Shown here: one piece after another, positions 38,940 to 50,308 of the stretch | Layout: every line of letters begins with the position of its first letter | Position numbering within the stretch: the stretch's first letter is position 1 | Program-made: the position numbers and the translations under genes | NCBI GenBank assembly: GCA_937864425.1 | Contig: CALMJL010000129.1 | Coordinates: 1 to 53,244, forward strand | Direction: 5' to 3' | DNA length: 53,244 bases | From: an uncultured Candidatus Planktophila sp. | GTDB lineage: Bacteria; Actinomycetota; Actinomycetes; Nanopelagicales; Nanopelagicaceae | The notes under the pieces: model-generated | The model's database searches: none | Told to the model about the DNA's origin: nothing | Seen by the model: the letters and a program-made list of their open reading frames with translations, nothing else

Positions 38940-40237
38940 AGAATCAGCGCCTTATCTATCTTGCCGTTCCGGTTCTCTTTATTCTTCTTGTGAGCAACCT
39001 ACTTAATTTTTCAGTTTCAACCACTCGCTTTAATCAGTCATATCCAGCGGTTGTATGCCCACCCAATACTGAAGGCTTAACAACTGCTATCTCATTGACT
39101 TCATCAAAAACTCAAGTACGTAAGACTGGTTCGCAATCTCTTAAAACTTATGAAGTTGGATTTAAGCGCTATGCAGTTGCTGCTCAATCCGCTGTGATCG
39201 AATCTGGGCAAGTGACTCCCATTGTGTGGCAAACTCGATCGGGTGTGTGGGCAGGTGCGATGGGGTGCAGCGCTCCTAGCACTTCACAATGGTTTGTGGG
39301 AGCTACGGCGGATGTCACCTCTCAAGGTTCGTTACATTTAGTAAACAGTGGTTTAGGACGTGCATTTGTTGAGGTGTCAATCTATTCAGAGCAAGGTGAA
39401 ATTGCACCTCGCACCTTCACGATCAAAGCAAATACCTATATCTCGATGCGCCTTGCTTCACTTGCACCTGGTTCAAAGCAGATTGCGATTCATGTCTTAA
39501 CTCGCTCAGGTCGAGTGAATGGATTTGTGGTTGATGAGAGAGCGAAGGGACTCAAATCTCTCGGTGGAGATCTCATAAATCCAGTTCATGAGCCACAGAA
39601 ATTGATCGCAATTCCAGCCATTCCTCAAAGCGTCACTCGGAAAGGACCAGTGGGGCATACCTTGCGTTTATTGGTGCCAGGAGATGTGAAGGCACGAATC
39701 AGCGCAGAGATTCGCTCAAAAGATGGAACCTTTGCACCTGCCGGAATCGATGGACGTGTCATTGCTAATAAGCGCATCGTAGAAATTCCGCTAAAAATCG
39801 AAATGGCGAAGGGAGAGTTTGCATTGCGCATCTCCTCTGATCAGCCACTTGTGGCAGCTGTGTATTCATCAACGAGTGCACAAGGTAAGAAGGACTTCAT
39901 TTGGAGTACAGCTGCAGATGAATTGACTCCATTTACGTTGGCCACATCTGGCGTTGCGCCCACTTTGGTATTTACTGGCAGAGATATTAAATTGCAATTA
40001 GAACTTTTAAACTCAAACGGAAGTGCCAAAACGATTGTGATTACCGGCCAAGATATTGCAACATACGAGGTTCCTGATGGAGTTCAAGGAGTGAGCTTCT
40101 CTCGTATTTCCCGCGGAACCACTGGTGCAGCCCTCATCGCATCAAATAGTGGCTATGGATATCTACCGTTAAATGCAGGAAGCGTTCTCACAAAATCTTC
40201 AGTACCGGCTTCAAATATTCACGTGCTCAATCCCTAA
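38936..40237 (+). CDS. DUF5719-like secreted/membrane-anchored protein
   Basis: N-terminal TM, CP and C..P...QWFVG motifs, beta-rich; ATGA-coupled to the large GT2 as in other actinobacteria. Confidence 0.75.
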   Translation: MKNQRLIYLAVPVLFILLVSNLLNFSVSTTRFNQSYPAVVCPPNTEGLTTAISLTSSKTQVRKTGSQSLKTYEVGFKRYAVAAQSAVIESGQVTPIVWQTRSGVWAGAMGCSAPSTSQWFVGATADVTSQGSLHLVNSGLGRAFVEVSIYSEQGEIAPRTFTIKANTYISMRLASLAPGSKQIAIHVLTRSGRVNGFVVDERAKGLKSLGGDLINPVHEPQKLIAIPAIPQSVTRKGPVGHTLRLLVPGDVKARISAEIRSKDGTFAPAGIDGRVIANKRIVEIPLKIEMAKGEFALRISSDQPLVAAVYSSTSAQGKKDFIWSTAADELTPFTLATSGVAPTLVFTGRDIKLQLELLNSNGSAKTIVITGQDIATYEVPDGVQGVSFSRISRGTTGAALIASNSGYGYLPLNAGSVLTKSSVPASNIHVLNP

Positions 40238-40269
40238 CTTTCAGACCGACCCCCACTAATCTTCTACAC

Positions 40270-40641
40270 ATGAGTACTCAGTCACGTGCAGGTCGCACCT
40301 GTTCGCGGGTGAGTTGTCGCGCAATTGCGACTATGACTTTGACTTATGTTTATGCTGACTCCACTGCAGTACTCGGTCCACTTGCAACTTTCTCTGAACC
40401 ACATTCCTATGATTTATGTGATCGTCACTCAGCTCGCCTTACTGTTCCAAATGGTTGGAATGTGATTCGCCATATTTCCGATGACAGCGAGTCAGGTCCC
40501 TCTGATGATGATTTGATGGCGATTGCCGATGCAGTGCGAGAAGTTGCGCAGAACCATCACGCTGCAGCTGCACCAGCAACGAGCGCTGCGCCACAGTCAG
40601 GTGTTGGACGGCGCGGACATCTGCGTGCAGTACCTTCGTAA
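40270..40641 (+). CDS. DUF3499 family protein
   Basis: CSR..C...A..TLTYVYADSTAVLGPL...EPHSYDLC..H, DDLMAIADAVRE, RRGHLR. Confidence 0.92.
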   Translation: MSTQSRAGRTCSRVSCRAIATMTLTYVYADSTAVLGPLATFSEPHSYDLCDRHSARLTVPNGWNVIRHISDDSESGPSDDDLMAIADAVREVAQNHHAAAAPATSAAPQSGVGRRGHLRAVPS

Positions 40642-40659
40642 ACTCTTTACGATATCTAC

Positions 40660-42018
40660 ATGAGCGGTTCAATATTCAAGGCTTATGACATCCGCGGTCT
40701 TGTTGATAAAGAATTAACCCCAGATTTCGCCTTTGCTACTGGAATTGCAGTTGCTCGTTTTCTTGAACAAGAACGTGAACCGGGCACGGTTGTCGTTGGC
40801 GAAGATATGCGTCCATCTTCACCTGTCCTAGCAACTGCCTTTTCAGATGGAGTTACGTCACAAGGTTTAGATGTTATTCGTATCGGTTTAGCCTCGACTG
40901 ACATGTTGTACTTCGCATCAGGCAAGCTCAATCTTCCTGGAGCCATGTTTACTGCCAGCCACAATCCAGCTGAATACAACGGAATTAAGTTATGTCTGAG
41001 TGGAGCACGCCCCATCGGACGTGAATCTGGTTTGCAGAAGATTGAAAATTTTGTGACAGAAGGCGCTCCCATGGCGATGCGCAATGTGGGTGTCGAAAAA
41101 TCGCAATCAATGCTCGCTGAATATGTGGATTATTTACTGACGCTGGTCGATATCTCTGGCATTCGCCCACTAAAAATTGTGATTGATGCTGGCAATGGAA
41201 TGGGGGGATATACCGCCCCTGCTGTTTTTGAGCGCCTCAATGCAGAAGTTGTGGAGCTCTATTTTGAACTGGATGGAACGTTTCCCAATCATGAGGCTAA
41301 CCCCATCGATCCGAAAAATCTCAAAGATTTACAGAAAGCGGTGAAGAAACATAAGGCCGATATTGGATTAGCTTTCGATGGCGATGCCGATCGCTGTTTT
41401 CTGGTTGATGAAAAAGGTGATTTGGTAAATCCTTCCGCTCTCACTGCACTGATTGCAGCACGCGAATTAGCAAAGAAACCAGGGTCATCCATTATTTACA
41501 ATTTGATTTCTTCTCGATCTGTCAAAGAAGTTGTTGAAGAAAATGGTGGAACCGCTATTAGGTCAAGAGTAGGACATTCCTACATTAAGAAATTAATGGC
41601 TGAAACGGGCGCAGTATTTGGTGGCGAACATTCAGGGCATTTCTATTTCGGAGATTTTTGGCGGGCAGATTCAGGAATGTTGGCAGCTCTGCATGCAGTT
41701 GCAGCACTTGGTGAAAGCAAGAAAACACTCTCTTCATTGTTTGCGCCATTCAATCGCTACACCTCTAGCGGAGAAATCAATTCAGTAGTCAAAGATTCTG
41801 TACAGGTCATGGCCCAGATTGAAGAGACTTATGGATCTGATGCTGGCGTAGAAGTTGATCACTTAGATGGACTTACAGTGAACGCGAAAGAATGGTGGTT
41901 TAACGTGAGAGCTTCCAATACCGAGCCACTTCTCAGGCTCAATGTTGAAGCGAGCAAAGCAGCCCGCATGGAATCTGTGCGAGATGATGTACTTAACATC
42001 ATTCGGGGCAAGGCTTAA
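40660..42018 (+). CDS. manB: Phosphomannomutase/phosphoglucomutase
   Basis: FKAYDIRG, TASHNP, FDGDADR, GGEHSGH, RASNTEPLLRLNVE. Confidence 0.93.
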   Translation: MSGSIFKAYDIRGLVDKELTPDFAFATGIAVARFLEQEREPGTVVVGEDMRPSSPVLATAFSDGVTSQGLDVIRIGLASTDMLYFASGKLNLPGAMFTASHNPAEYNGIKLCLSGARPIGRESGLQKIENFVTEGAPMAMRNVGVEKSQSMLAEYVDYLLTLVDISGIRPLKIVIDAGNGMGGYTAPAVFERLNAEVVELYFELDGTFPNHEANPIDPKNLKDLQKAVKKHKADIGLAFDGDADRCFLVDEKGDLVNPSALTALIAARELAKKPGSSIIYNLISSRSVKEVVEENGGTAIRSRVGHSYIKKLMAETGAVFGGEHSGHFYFGDFWRADSGMLAALHAVAALGESKKTLSSLFAPFNRYTSSGEINSVVKDSVQVMAQIEETYGSDAGVEVDHLDGLTVNAKEWWFNVRASNTEPLLRLNVEASKAARMESVRDDVLNIIRGKA

Positions 42019-42042
42019 ATCACGCTTTTTTCGCCCTTCCAC

Positions 42043-42136
42043 TAACCTATACACCTAGCCGACTAGCACTGTAGAGCCCTACGCCGAAAGTCAAGCGAAG
42101 AAAAACAGCCGTTTTCATTAGGGGAGAAATATCTAA
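42043..42136 (+). promoter_or_regulatory. ahcY promoter and ~80-nt structured 5' leader (candidate cis-regulatory RNA)
   Basis: -10 TAACCT at 42043; short hairpins and a CCCTA/TAGGG pairing that touches the SD; no match to the canonical SAH riboswitch by eye. Confidence 0.45.
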
Positions 42137-43417
<1,281 letters not shown>

Positions 43418-44098
43418 ATGGCACTGGTTATGGTCGTCGATGACGATCAAGACCTTGCAGAAATGCTGGGAATTGTTCTCACAAGTTCCGGCTTTGATGT
43501 AGATCTTGTCAGTCGAGGAGACGAGGCGCTGGAGGTTTTTAGAAATAATCCTCCAGACCTTGTCTTACTCGATGTGATGTTGCCAGGAATCGATGGCATC
43601 GAGGTCTGCAGATTAATTAGACAAGAATCCATGGTGCCGATTGTCATGTTGAGTGCAAAAGGTGAAACACAAGACATCGTGCGTGGCCTTGAAGCTGGCG
43701 CCGACGATTACATGCAGAAGCCATTTCGCGACAAGGCAGAGTTAATTGCACGTATTCGCACCAGACTGCGGCGTACTAATGCCGATGTCACTGGCCTACT
43801 TACGATTGGCGATCTTTCAATAGATGTCACAGCGCACGAAGTGCATCGTGGAGCGACGCTGATTCAGCTCACTCGCCTCGAATTCGATTTGCTAGTGGCG
43901 CTTGCAAAAGATCCTGGTCGGGTATTTACCCGCGATGCATTGCTCAGCGAAGTCTGGGGCTACCGCCACAGCACTGATACTCGCTTAGTAAATGTGCATG
44001 TGCAGCGACTTCGCTCCAAAATTGAACATGATCCAGAGCATCCAGAAATTGTGATGACTGTTCGCGGTGTTGGTTACAAGGCGGGCGGCCCAGCCTAA
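43418..44098 (+). CDS. mtrA: Response regulator MtrA (OmpR family)
   Basis: VVDDD..LAEMLGIVL, LLDVMLPG, LTRLEFDLL, VWGYRH..DTRLVNVHVQRLRSKIE, TVRGVGYK. Confidence 0.95.
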   Translation: MALVMVVDDDQDLAEMLGIVLTSSGFDVDLVSRGDEALEVFRNNPPDLVLLDVMLPGIDGIEVCRLIRQESMVPIVMLSAKGETQDIVRGLEAGADDYMQKPFRDKAELIARIRTRLRRTNADVTGLLTIGDLSIDVTAHEVHRGATLIQLTRLEFDLLVALAKDPGRVFTRDALLSEVWGYRHSTDTRLVNVHVQRLRSKIEHDPEHPEIVMTVRGVGYKAGGPA

Positions 44099-44114
44099 AA
44101 GGCTCACAGCGCTC

Positions 44115-45683
44115 ATGAAAGGTATTCGCGCTCGCTTTTCGCAGACTCTTGCATCAAAAGTTATTCTCTCGACCGTAATTTTATCGCTAGGTGTCATCAC
44201 ATTAGCGGGCTCTGCCTTGAATTCACGGCTCTCAGATGGAATCCGCGCTGTCAGTCTTGATTCAGCTCTCACGGAAGCGCGTTTTACCTTTTTTAATGCT
44301 CAGTATCAATTGATTCTTTCTCAGAATAAAACTGTAGAACAGCGTAAACAAATCATCGCAGGTCTGATTGTCGAATCTGCTAATCGCGATGTTAATGCTG
44401 ATAATAAAGACATCATTTTGGTGAAATTTCCAAATTCAAAACCATCAAGTGTTTCCTATGAGATGGCATCTAGTTTGATAGATCCGCAATCGGTACCCCA
44501 GGATTTACGTGAGCGAGTAAGAAAGTCCAGGGAATCGCAGTATCAATACGCAAAAATTCGCTATCAAGATTCCATTCTCTCTGACGCACTTTTCGTAGGA
44601 GAACCCATCAAGATTCCTGGTGGCGGAATGTATGAAATGTATGTGGTCTTCGCGCTCAACACTCAATCTGAAACTCTCAATTTGATTCGTAACTCGTTAG
44701 TCTTCACTGGTTTTGCACTGATTCTCTTGATCGCCATGATCACGTGGCTTGTAGTGAGACAAGTAGTCAGCCCGGTTCGCGCCGCCGCTCGAATCGCGAA
44801 TCAATTTACTGAAGGCGATTTCAGCCAACGTATGAAAGTCGAGTCCAATGATGAGATTGCCGCGCTAGCACATTCCTATAATGAAATGGCTCAATCAATC
44901 GAGAAGCAGATTTCGCGCCTGGAAAACTTATCGCGTGTTCAGCAGAGATTTGTATCGGATGTTTCCCACGAATTACGCACTCCACTAACGACGCTGCGTA
45001 TGGCCACAGAAGTGATCTACAACCAACGAAATTCTTTCGATCCGGTAGTTGCACGCAGCTCTGAATTGTTAGCTGCCCAGATCGATCGTTTTGAGCGGTT
45101 GCTTGAAGATTTGCTCGAAGTAAGCCGCTTTGATGCAGAAGTTGCGGTGCTCGAACCAGTTGATTTTGATGTAGTTGGATTAGTGAAGCGTTGCATCGCA
45201 GATTTTGAATTGGGAGATTCAAGTAATGATGGAGGAATCCGAGTCGAATCAGAGGAGCCTGCGCTTCAAATTAAGGCGGATATTCGCCGCGTTGAACGCA
45301 TTATGCGCAATCTCATCTCAAATGCATTGGATCATGCTGATGGAAAAGAAGTTGTCATCACCATTGTGGCAACTGAGACTGAGGTCGCTGTTGGTGTTCG
45401 AGATTTTGGACCAGGTTTAGATCAATCTGCACTAATTCGCGTCTTTGATCGATTCTGGCGCGCAGATCCATCTCGTGCACGTGTGCGAGGGGGAACTGGT
45501 CTTGGTCTATCCATTGCGCTTGAAGATGCTCGTCTACATAACGGCGAACTGGATGCATGGGGTAGACCTGGAAAAGGTGCGCACTTTGTACTGACGCTTC
45601 CACGCATTGCAGGTGAAGATATCCAAGGCCGCCCGATAAAAGTTACTCCCGCAGATTTCCACGAAGAGAATTTTTATCTCTAA
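44115..45683 (+). CDS. mtrB: Sensor histidine kinase MtrB
   Basis: Two TMs, HAMP, QQRFVSDVSHELRTPLTT, FDRFWRADPSRAR..GGTGLGL, EDARLH.G; start ATG 44115. Confidence 0.94.
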   Translation: MKGIRARFSQTLASKVILSTVILSLGVITLAGSALNSRLSDGIRAVSLDSALTEARFTFFNAQYQLILSQNKTVEQRKQIIAGLIVESANRDVNADNKDIILVKFPNSKPSSVSYEMASSLIDPQSVPQDLRERVRKSRESQYQYAKIRYQDSILSDALFVGEPIKIPGGGMYEMYVVFALNTQSETLNLIRNSLVFTGFALILLIAMITWLVVRQVVSPVRAAARIANQFTEGDFSQRMKVESNDEIAALAHSYNEMAQSIEKQISRLENLSRVQQRFVSDVSHELRTPLTTLRMATEVIYNQRNSFDPVVARSSELLAAQIDRFERLLEDLLEVSRFDAEVAVLEPVDFDVVGLVKRCIADFELGDSSNDGGIRVESEEPALQIKADIRRVERIMRNLISNALDHADGKEVVITIVATETEVAVGVRDFGPGLDQSALIRVFDRFWRADPSRARVRGGTGLGLSIALEDARLHNGELDAWGRPGKGAHFVLTLPRIAGEDIQGRPIKVTPADFHEENFYL

Positions 45684-45715
45684 ATAATTGAAACATTTCC
45701 AGCAGAATCATTGCT

Positions 45716-46354
45716 GTGAAAAGCCTGCAAGCGCTACAAGAGATCATCTTTCCGGTCAGATGTTTGGGCTGTCGCTCACTCGGATTAACCATGTGTTCGC
45801 AGTGTCGCAAAGATTGGCACCCACATATTTATCGGCAGTGGTTGCAAGATGCACCACCCATCCCTATCTATTCTGCTGTGCCGTATTCACCAATGGCTGG
45901 AAAGATTCTTCTTGCTGCCAAAGAGCAAGGAATAAATGCTGCGGATCATTTGTTGGTACAAGCAATGGCACACTCACTCAAATATTTTCTGCACGAATGT
46001 GGAGGAGATTTCTTTATCCCAGTCCCTTCTAGGAATGCAGTCACAAGAAAACGTGGAAGACAATTTGTGGGATTCCTATCTGAAGAGCTCAGTGCGCTCA
46101 CAGGATTGGCAGTTGCTCATAACTTAATTCATGTGAAAAAGGTCAAAGATCAATCATCGCTTGATGCGATTGAACGTCAGCAGAATATCTATCACTCTTT
46201 TCACTCGAAGAGTTATTTATCAGGTAGAGCAATCATTATTGACGACCTCGTCACAACGGGGGCAACGATTCGAGAATCCGTGCGTGCCCTACGGGCTTCA
46301 GGTATTGCCGTGGCTGGTGCGGTTACTGCTTGCTTTGCCGAACCCTTACGATAA
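45716..46354 (+). CDS. comF: ComF family (Zn ribbon plus PRTase) protein
   Basis: P.RCLGC...MCSQC, PVPS, IIIDDLVTTGAT. Confidence 0.9.
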   Translation: MKSLQALQEIIFPVRCLGCRSLGLTMCSQCRKDWHPHIYRQWLQDAPPIPIYSAVPYSPMAGKILLAAKEQGINAADHLLVQAMAHSLKYFLHECGGDFFIPVPSRNAVTRKRGRQFVGFLSEELSALTGLAVAHNLIHVKKVKDQSSLDAIERQQNIYHSFHSKSYLSGRAIIIDDLVTTGATIRESVRALRASGIAVAGAVTACFAEPLR

Positions 46355-46404
46355 GACCCTGAAAATCAGCGCCCTGATTTCGTACCGCTCGAAAGGTAGA
46401 TGTA
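46348..46404 (+). promoter_or_regulatory. secA promoter/leader
   Basis: TACGAT -10 at the end of comF, hairpin GAAAATCAG-CGCC-CTGATTTC (46361-46381), GAAAGG SD. Confidence 0.5.
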
Positions 46405-49077
46405 ATGGCCTCCATTCTTGATCGCATCATGCGTGCTGGCGAAGGAAAAATTCTTCGCCAACTTGCCAAGATTGTTGACCAAGTAAATGCCTGCGAATCT
46501 GGAGTTACTTCACTCTCAGACGAACAGTTGCGCGCTAAAACCTCAGAATTTAAATCTCGATATGCTGGCGGTGAATCACTCGATGATTTACTGCCTGAAG
46601 CTTTTGCTGTTGTCCGTGAAGCAGCACAGCGCACTTTAGGTCAGCGCCATTATGACGTTCAGATTATGGGTGGAGCAGCTCTACACCAAGGCAACATTGC
46701 CGAAATGCGTACTGGTGAAGGAAAGACTCTCGTAGCGACTCTTCCTTCGTATCTCAATGCAATTGCTGGTCGCGGCGTTCACGTTGTTACTGTGAATGAT
46801 TATTTGGCTGAACGCGATAGCGAATGGATGGGTCGAATCCATCGCTTCCTTGGTTTATCAGTCGGCGTGATCCTTAACAGCATGACTCCAACAGAACGTC
46901 GCGCCGCCTATGCCGCCGATATTACCTATGGCACAAATAACGAATTTGGTTTTGATTACCTGCGCGACAACATGGCATGGACCTTAGAAGATTGTGTTCA
47001 ACGAGATCACTTCTTTGCTGTCGTCGATGAAGTTGACTCAATTTTGATTGATGAAGCCCGTACGCCACTGATTATTAGTGGTCCAGCTGATAAAGCCACC
47101 AAGTGGTATGTCGAATTTGCCAATATCGCCACCAAATTACAGCGCGATGTGCACTATGAAGTAGATGAGAAGAAGAAGACCATTGGAATCCTCGAAGATG
47201 GCGTCACCAAAGTTGAAGAGCTGCTTAAAATTGATAACTTATACGAGGCAGCAAATACAACTCTGATTGGTTACCTCAATAACTCAGTACGCGCCAAGGA
47301 ACTCTTTAAGCGCGATAAAGATTATGTAGTCATGAACGGTGAACTACTCATTGTTGACGAACACACTGGCCGCATGCTGGCTGGTCGTCGCTATAGCGAA
47401 GGTCTGCACCAAGCGCTGGAAGCGAAAGAGCGCATCGAAATTAAAGATGAGAACCAAACGCTAGCCACAATCACCTTGCAGAACTATTTCCGTCTCTACG
47501 AGAAAATTTCGGGAATGACCGGTACAGCAATGACCGAAGCTGCCGAATTCCATCAAATTTATAAATTAGGCGTCGTTCCTATTCCAACTAATCGCGAAAT
47601 GAAGCGAATTGATCAACCAGATTTGGTCTATAAATCTGAAGTCGGAAAATTTGCTGCTGTCACACGCGACATCGTTGAACGTCACCGAAAAGGTCAACCA
47701 GTTCTCGTCGGTACTGTCAGCGTTGAAAAATCTGAAGAACTTTCATCATTTCTTAAAAAGGCAGGCGTTCCACACGAAGTTCTCAACGCTAAGCAACACG
47801 AACGTGAAGCAGCAATCGTTGCGCGCGCGGGTACGAAAGGCGCAGTCACTGTTGCAACCAACATGGCAGGTCGCGGTACCGACATCATGCTTGGTGGAAA
47901 TCCAGAATTCATGGCGGATTTTGAATTACAACGACGTGGAATTTCTCCTGTAGATAACGCGGCCGAATATGAAGCAGCCTGGCCACAAGAGATTGCTAAG
48001 CAGAAAGAAGCGATAGCAAAAGAGCATGATGAAGTTGTCTCTTTAGGTGGACTGTATGTTCTAGGTACCGAGCGCCACGAATCGCGCCGTATTGATAACC
48101 AGTTGCGCGGACGTTCGGGACGCCAAGGCGATCCCGGTGAATCTCGCTTTTATCTCTCGCTGCAAGATGATCTGATGCGCCGTTTTAACTCAGGCATCGT
48201 CGAACGCGTTCTTTCAGCAGCTGGACTTCCAGAGGATGAACCCATCGAATCCAAGATGGTCTCTAATGCAATTCGCTCTGCGCAAACACAGGTAGAAGCC
48301 CAAAACTTTGAAATTCGTAAAAATGTTTTGAAGTATGACGATGTCATGAACCGTCAACGTGAAGTAATTTACGGTGAGCGCCGCTTAGTTCTTGAAGGAA
48401 AAGATTTAGGTGAGCAGGTAAATGATTTCGTGGCAGACACAATTTCTGCATATGTTCGTGCAGAAACCGAGCAAGGCTATGCAGAGGATTGGGATCTTGA
48501 TCGCCTCTGGACTGCGCTTAAATTGATTTATCCAATTTCATTTACTCCGGACCAACTGATTTCTGAAGTTGGCAGCAAAGAAGCGCTTGATCCTGATTAC
48601 ATCGAAACCAAAATCTTGGATGATGCATCAGCTGCATATCGAAAGCGTGAAAGCGAGTTGGGCACCGAAGTTCTGCGCGAATTAGAGCGCAAGGTGCTGC
48701 TCTCAGTACTTGATCGCAAGTGGCGCGAGCATCTTTATGAAATGGATTATTTACAAGAAGGTATCGGCCTTCGTGCGATGGCGCAGCGCGATCCGCTCGT
48801 GGAATATCAACGTGAAGGCTATGACCTCTTTGCGGCGATGATGGATGCCATCAAAGAAGAGTTCGCCAGCCTTGTCTTTAATGTGGAAGTCACTGTCGAA
48901 GGTGATGGGTCAGAGGTCAAGGCTGCAGGAGTAACTGATAAGCCAGCACAGAGTCTTCCGCTGCAATATTCAGCTGCAGATGAAAATGGAGTGAGCACGA
49001 GCGGTTCAGTTTCGCGCAATAGCCCTTGCCCATGTGGAAGCGGTAAGAAATATAAGCGCTGCCACGGAGCTGCGTAA
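46405..49077 (+). CDS. secA: Preprotein translocase ATPase SecA
   Basis: [82 protein letters not shown]. Confidence 0.98.
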   Translation: MASILDRIMRAGEGKILRQLAKIVDQVNACESGVTSLSDEQLRAKTSEFKSRYAGGESLDDLLPEAFAVVREAAQRTLGQRHYDVQIMGGAALHQGNIAEMRTGEGKTLVATLPSYLNAIAGRGVHVVTVNDYLAERDSEWMGRIHRFLGLSVGVILNSMTPTERRAAYAADITYGTNNEFGFDYLRDNMAWTLEDCVQRDHFFAVVDEVDSILIDEARTPLIISGPADKATKWYVEFANIATKLQRDVHYEVDEKKKTIGILEDGVTKVEELLKIDNLYEAANTTLIGYLNNSVRAKELFKRDKDYVVMNGELLIVDEHTGRMLAGRRYSEGLHQALEAKERIEIKDENQTLATITLQNYFRLYEKISGMTGTAMTEAAEFHQIYKLGVVPIPTNREMKRIDQPDLVYKSEVGKFAAVTRDIVERHRKGQPVLVGTVSVEKSEELSSFLKKAGVPHEVLNAKQHEREAAIVARAGTKGAVTVATNMAGRGTDIMLGGNPEFMADFELQRRGISPVDNAAEYEAAWPQEIAKQKEAIAKEHDEVVSLGGLYVLGTERHESRRIDNQLRGRSGRQGDPGESRFYLSLQDDLMRRFNSGIVERVLSAAGLPEDEPIESKMVSNAIRSAQTQVEAQNFEIRKNVLKYDDVMNRQREVIYGERRLVLEGKDLGEQVNDFVADTISAYVRAETEQGYAEDWDLDRLWTALKLIYPISFTPDQLISEVGSKEALDPDYIETKILDDASAAYRKRESELGTEVLRELERKVLLSVLDRKWREHLYEMDYLQEGIGLRAMAQRDPLVEYQREGYDLFAAMMDAIKEEFASLVFNVEVTVEGDGSEVKAAGVTDKPAQSLPLQYSAADENGVSTSGSVSRNSPCPCGSGKKYKRCHGAA

Positions 49078-49087
49078 CTTCTTCTCG

Positions 49088-49621
49088 CTAGAGCAAATGC
49101 AGTGCAGTGCAGAGCCATCTGCCATCCACACCTTCAAAACGAATCACTGCAGAGCGATAACGTGTGCCAAATTTGATAATGACGGTGGATTCACAGATTC
49201 CATCAAATGGCTCGCTCTGATGAATGCTTTTGATTCGTCCAATCTCTCGTTGAGTACCGGCTTGGCTCAGTAATTCAAGATAAATCACGCGATGACACCA
49301 TCTAATGAGTTGCGCTGGTTGTCGCCTTCCTGCCCAGACTTCGACAACGCTCACAATAAATTTCATGGTCCAGGTATGTATATCGGGTAAATCAGCGCTC
49401 GAGGTTGGAATCGGTATTTCATCTGGCTCGAGATCTTCGCCAAAGGTTGAAGGAACGACAAATAATTTGGCTCTGTGAACAGGGTTAGCTCGCTCTGGAA
49501 TTGCATAGAGATCAAGGACCGGATGTGCCCACATTGCTGGGTCTTCGGTGCTAGCAGTTAATTGAAGATACGAATTGATAGTTTCCATGCGCAGATATTT
49601 CTTTTCAGATCTGCTCGGCAC
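49088..49621 (-). CDS. Rv3235 family protein (start uncertain; ATG 49588 is an alternative)
   Basis: EVWAGRRQPAQL.RW, E..V......R...IRFE..DGRWLCTAL; convergent with secA. Confidence 0.82.
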   Translation of the reverse strand: MPSRSEKKYLRMETINSYLQLTASTEDPAMWAHPVLDLYAIPERANPVHRAKLFVVPSTFGEDLEPDEIPIPTSSADLPDIHTWTMKFIVSVVEVWAGRRQPAQLIRWCHRVIYLELLSQAGTQREIGRIKSIHQSEPFDGICESTVIIKFGTRYRSAVIRFEGVDGRWLCTALHLL

Positions 49622-49711
49622 ATCATCAGAAAGTCTGATTCTTCCTAGTACTTAAGTACGACTGTGGATTGCGTAGGCGTGGCTATCTCGTAGCGAATTT
49701 ACGGTGCGCCC

Positions 49712-50308
49712 ATGCCCGCTAAAAAAACTTCTCGTGCTCGTTTTATCCTCGCTCTCACTCTCTGTGCTGGTGCGCTCCTGGCTTCATTTCTCATGTCACG
49801 AGCTGCTGCATCGCGTGAAAATTATTGGGTGGTTCTCCATCCCATCTCTGCCGGAACTGCAATTGAAGCTCGCGATCTTGGTTATCAATCTGTAGTGCTC
49901 GGGACATCGGCAGGCGCCTACCTTCCAGCAACAACAAACCCCATCGGTTCCATTACGCGAAGGCGCCTGGCAGCAGGGGAGTTGCTGGAAGGGAGTGCGC
50001 TCACTGAAGATTCCGTCTTTCTCACACATCAACAAATTTCGCTCAGCGTTCGATCGGTAGATATCCCAAGTTCAATTCAAATTGGCGAATTAATTTCGCT
50101 CTATCAAGTACACGATCGTCGCAGCGGAGAGTCTGAAATCGCACCCGATTACATTTTAGGAGAAGTATTTGTCGCAGCCATAGATAGAAAGGGCAGCAAC
50201 TTTGGAGGCGAAGTAGCGCTCACAATTTCAGTCGACCGTTCCGATGTTCCTGCCGTTTTAGCGGCAACAACGAGTGGCCGAGTTGTGGCTGTGAGATCGC
50301 ATGGTTGA
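49712..50308 (+). CDS. SAF-domain / RcpC-CpaB-like membrane-anchored protein
   Basis: N-terminal TM, SAF-like pattern (ISAGTAI...DL; G....R.LAAGELL...L); -10 TACGGT 6 nt upstream. Confidence 0.72.
   Translation: MPAKKTSRARFILALTLCAGALLASFLMSRAAASRENYWVVLHPISAGTAIEARDLGYQSVVLGTSAGAYLPATTNPIGSITRRRLAAGELLEGSALTEDSVFLTHQQISLSVRSVDIPSSIQIGELISLYQVHDRRSGESEIAPDYILGEVFVAAIDRKGSNFGGEVALTISVDRSDVPAVLAATTSGRVVAVRSHG

Noticed and set aside
42019-42136. Canonical SAH or SAM-II/IV/V riboswitch upstream of ahcY
   Set aside because: The conserved cores of these families are not recognisable by eye; kept only as an unclassified candidate leader.
46361-46381. Hairpin after comF as an intrinsic terminator
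   Set aside because: No proper U-tract follows, and it lies just downstream of a -10 hexamer and upstream of the secA SD, so it fits a 5' leader hairpin better.
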